Origin: Macrostomum lignano
Lineage: Eukaryota
NCBI GenBank assembly: GCA_002269645.1
Contig: NIVC01000491.1
Coordinates: 62,001 to 126,000, forward strand
DNA: 64,000 nt
Direction of reading: 5' to 3'
The notes under the pieces were generated by a model, which worked only from the letters and a program-made list of their open reading frames with translations, was not told the DNA's origin and made no database searches. This document shows, in pieces, positions 61,681-64,000 of this stretch (position 1 is the stretch's first letter; each line of letters starts with the position of its first letter). Made by a program: the position numbers and the translations under genes.

Positions 61681-61961
61681 TAATCCAAATGCTGTAATAA
61701 AAGAGTTGATAAGCAAGACTTGTTAAAGCAACAGCTTCATCAAGGTATATTAGTGTAGCAGTATAAAGCAAAACCAAACAAAAAAATCCGAGCAAAAACT
61801 TGGCTCCAGCTCTCTCGTTGTTGCAGAAATACAGAAGAAAAAATAGAAATTTCTTCAGCAGCTATAGGAATCATGTGAAGTGGTTTTTAATAACCGATTA
61901 GTTGTAGTTAATCCTTGGCTTATAGCAGTCAAATCGCAATCACTTTGTCGGGCATCCGGCA

Positions 61962-64000
61962 TCAAGGCTTCCTGGTGTCGAAACCCGCCATGCTGTACAC
62001 CACGTCAACAAAGAAGAAATAATTAACATCCTCTCTTGTGCCGACTGTCTGCTTGAACTTGCGGTACAGCAGCGCCCATTCCTCCTCCGAGAAGCTGCTT
62101 ACAATGCCCAGATCGGTGAGCACTCGCCTGAACTGATTCTGCGAGATAGTGCCGTGGTGCACTTTGTCGTAGCTCTCGAAGAATGGCAGCATCTGGGTGC
62201 GCCGTTCGCGGACCTGCGGGCCGGTATTGGTTGGAATGGCTGGGCTGCTGGCTACTGGCTTTTTCATGGCCCCGCATCCCCATCTCACATCTTTGTCCCT
62301 GCATCCCTGTCCCTGCATCTCTGTCCCTGCATCCATGTCCCTGCATCCCTGTCCCTGCATCCCTGTCCCTGCATCCATGTCCCTGCATCTCTGTCCCTAC
62401 ATCTTTGTCCCTGCATCCCTGTCCCTGCATCTCTGTCCCTGCATCCCTGTCCCTCCATCCTTGTCCCTGCATCTCTGTCCCTGCATCTCTGTCCCTGCAT
62501 CCATGTCCCTGTATCCCTGTCCCTGCATCTGTCCCTGCATCCATGTCCCTGCATCTCTGTCCCTACATCTTTGTCCCTGCATCCCTGTCCCTGCATCTCT
62601 GTCCCTGCATCCCTGTCCCTCCATCCTTGTCCCTGCATCTCTGTCCCTGCATCTCTGTCCCTGCATCCATGTCCCTGTATCCCTGTCCCTGCATCTGTCC
62701 CTGCATCCATGTCCCTGCATCTCTGTCCCTTCATCCATGTCCCTGCATCCATGTCCCTGCATCCCTGTCCCTGCATCTCTGTCCCTGCATCCATGTCCCT
62801 GTATCCCTGTCCCTGCATCTCTGTCCCTGCATCCCTGTCCCTGCATCCCTGTCCCTGCATCTCTGTCCCTGCACCCATGTCCCTACATCTTTGTCCCTGC
62901 ATCTCTGTCCCTGCATCTCTGTCCCTACATCCATGTCCCTGCATCCATGTCCCTGCATCCCTGTCCCTGCATCCCTGTCCATGTATCCCTGTCCCTGCAT
63001 CTCTGTCCCTGCATCCATGTCCCTGCATCTCTGTCCCTGCATCCCTGTCCCTGCATCTCTGTCCCTGCATCCCTGTCCCTCCATCCTTGTCCCTGCATCT
63101 CTGTCCCTGCATCTCTGTCCCTGCATCCATGTCCCTGTATCCCTGTCCCTGCATCTGTCCCTGCATCCATGTCCCTGCATCTCTGTCCCTTCATCCATGT
63201 CCCTGCATCCATGTCCCTGCATCCCTGTCCCTGCATCTCTGTCCCTGCATCCATGTCCCTGTATCCCTGTCCCTGCATCTCTGTCCCTGCATCCCTGTCC
63301 CTGCATCTCTGTCCCTGCATCCCTGTCCCTGCATCTCTGTCCCTGCACCCATGTCCCTACATCTTTGTCCCTGCATCTCTGTCCCTGCATCTCTGTCCCT
63401 TCATCCATGTCCCTGCATCTCTGTCCCTGCATCCATGTCCCTGCATCTCTGTCCCTGCGTCAATGTCCCTGTATCTCTGTCCCTACATCTTTGTCCCTGC
63501 ATCCCTGTCCCTGCATCCCTGTCCCTGCACCCATGTCCCTACATCTTTGTCCCTGCATCCCTGTCCCTGCATCTCTGTCCCTGCATCCATGTCCCTGCAT
63601 CTCTGTCCCTGCATCCATGTCCCTGCATCTCTGTCCCTGCATCCATGTCCCTACATCCATGTCCCTGCATCCATGTCCCTACATCCATGTCCCTGCATCC
63701 CTGTCCCTGCATCCCTGTCCCTCCATCCCCGTCCCTGAATCCCCATCTCTGTCCCTACATCCAAGCCTAACGTTAAACAGGTGAAAAGTCCCATCTCCCA
63801 AAAAAGTCCCAGAACTTCCTCAAAGCCATGTGCCAAATCCCTAACGACCTGAACAGTAGGAAATTCTGAGTGTAGAGTCGGCTCCAGTCCATGCTCACCT
63901 GTTGAGCAATGAGCAGCAGCAGTTTGTTAACCGACTGCTCAGCCTCGGCCGGCAGGTAGTTGATGCAGCTCTCCGGCTCTGGCACAAACTGCTCAGGGTT
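61962..64000 (-). CDS. EF-hand-containing protein, last two exons (5' part beyond window end)
   Basis: Exons 64000-63899 (...AQQ|gtgagc) and 62213-61962 (ggcccgcag|VRERRTQMLPFFESYDKVHHGTISQNQFRRVLTDLG...VNYFFFVDVVYSMAGFDTRKP*). Contains an EF-hand-like loop (YDKVHHGTISQNQF) and a paired VNY..F helix. Specific family not recognised. Confidence 0.8.
62290..63750. repeat. 14 bp minisatellite TGTCCCTGCATC(TC/CC/CA) in the EF-hand gene intron
   Basis: Period 14; source of the long spurious Cys/Pro ORFs. Confidence 0.95.

Noticed and set aside
62154-63784. 500+ aa Cys/Pro-rich ORFs
   Set aside because: They are translations of a stop-free 14-bp repeat, open in several frames on both strands, lying inside the intron of the EF-hand gene.

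Overview
This is eukaryotic animal genomic DNA with GT-AG introns, and most introns and spacers are filled by locus-specific minisatellites. That texture suggests a free-living flatworm such as Macrostomum, which is inference only. I reconstructed exons by hand from splice sites and reading phase. Minus strand: the first 5 coding exons of a Musashi-family RRM gene (15518 down to 11927, continuing beyond base 1, so 1-11.9 kb is intron) and the last two exons of an EF-hand protein (64000 down to 61962). Plus strand, in order: PSMA1 (3 exons), trifunctional GART (9 exons), a HIG1-domain protein, a Rab32/38/29-family GTPase (5 exons plus a duplicated exon 4-5 module), an unannotated 6-Cys secreted peptide, TMEM50 and MTRFR/C12orf65. 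The most interesting observations are: MTRFR has no in-frame ATG and starts exactly at a phase-0 acceptor, so it may take its AUG from a spliced leader; the secreted peptide has eclosion-hormone-like cysteine spacing and its own TATA/Inr promoter; the Rab has a switch-II Q-to-H change and a second terminal module ending in CaaX; GART has TTG where Met1 is expected; and some intronic minisatellites are built from ETS or CRE motifs. I saw no rRNA, tRNA or CRISPR array. Repeat boundaries and copy numbers are approximate and read by eye.
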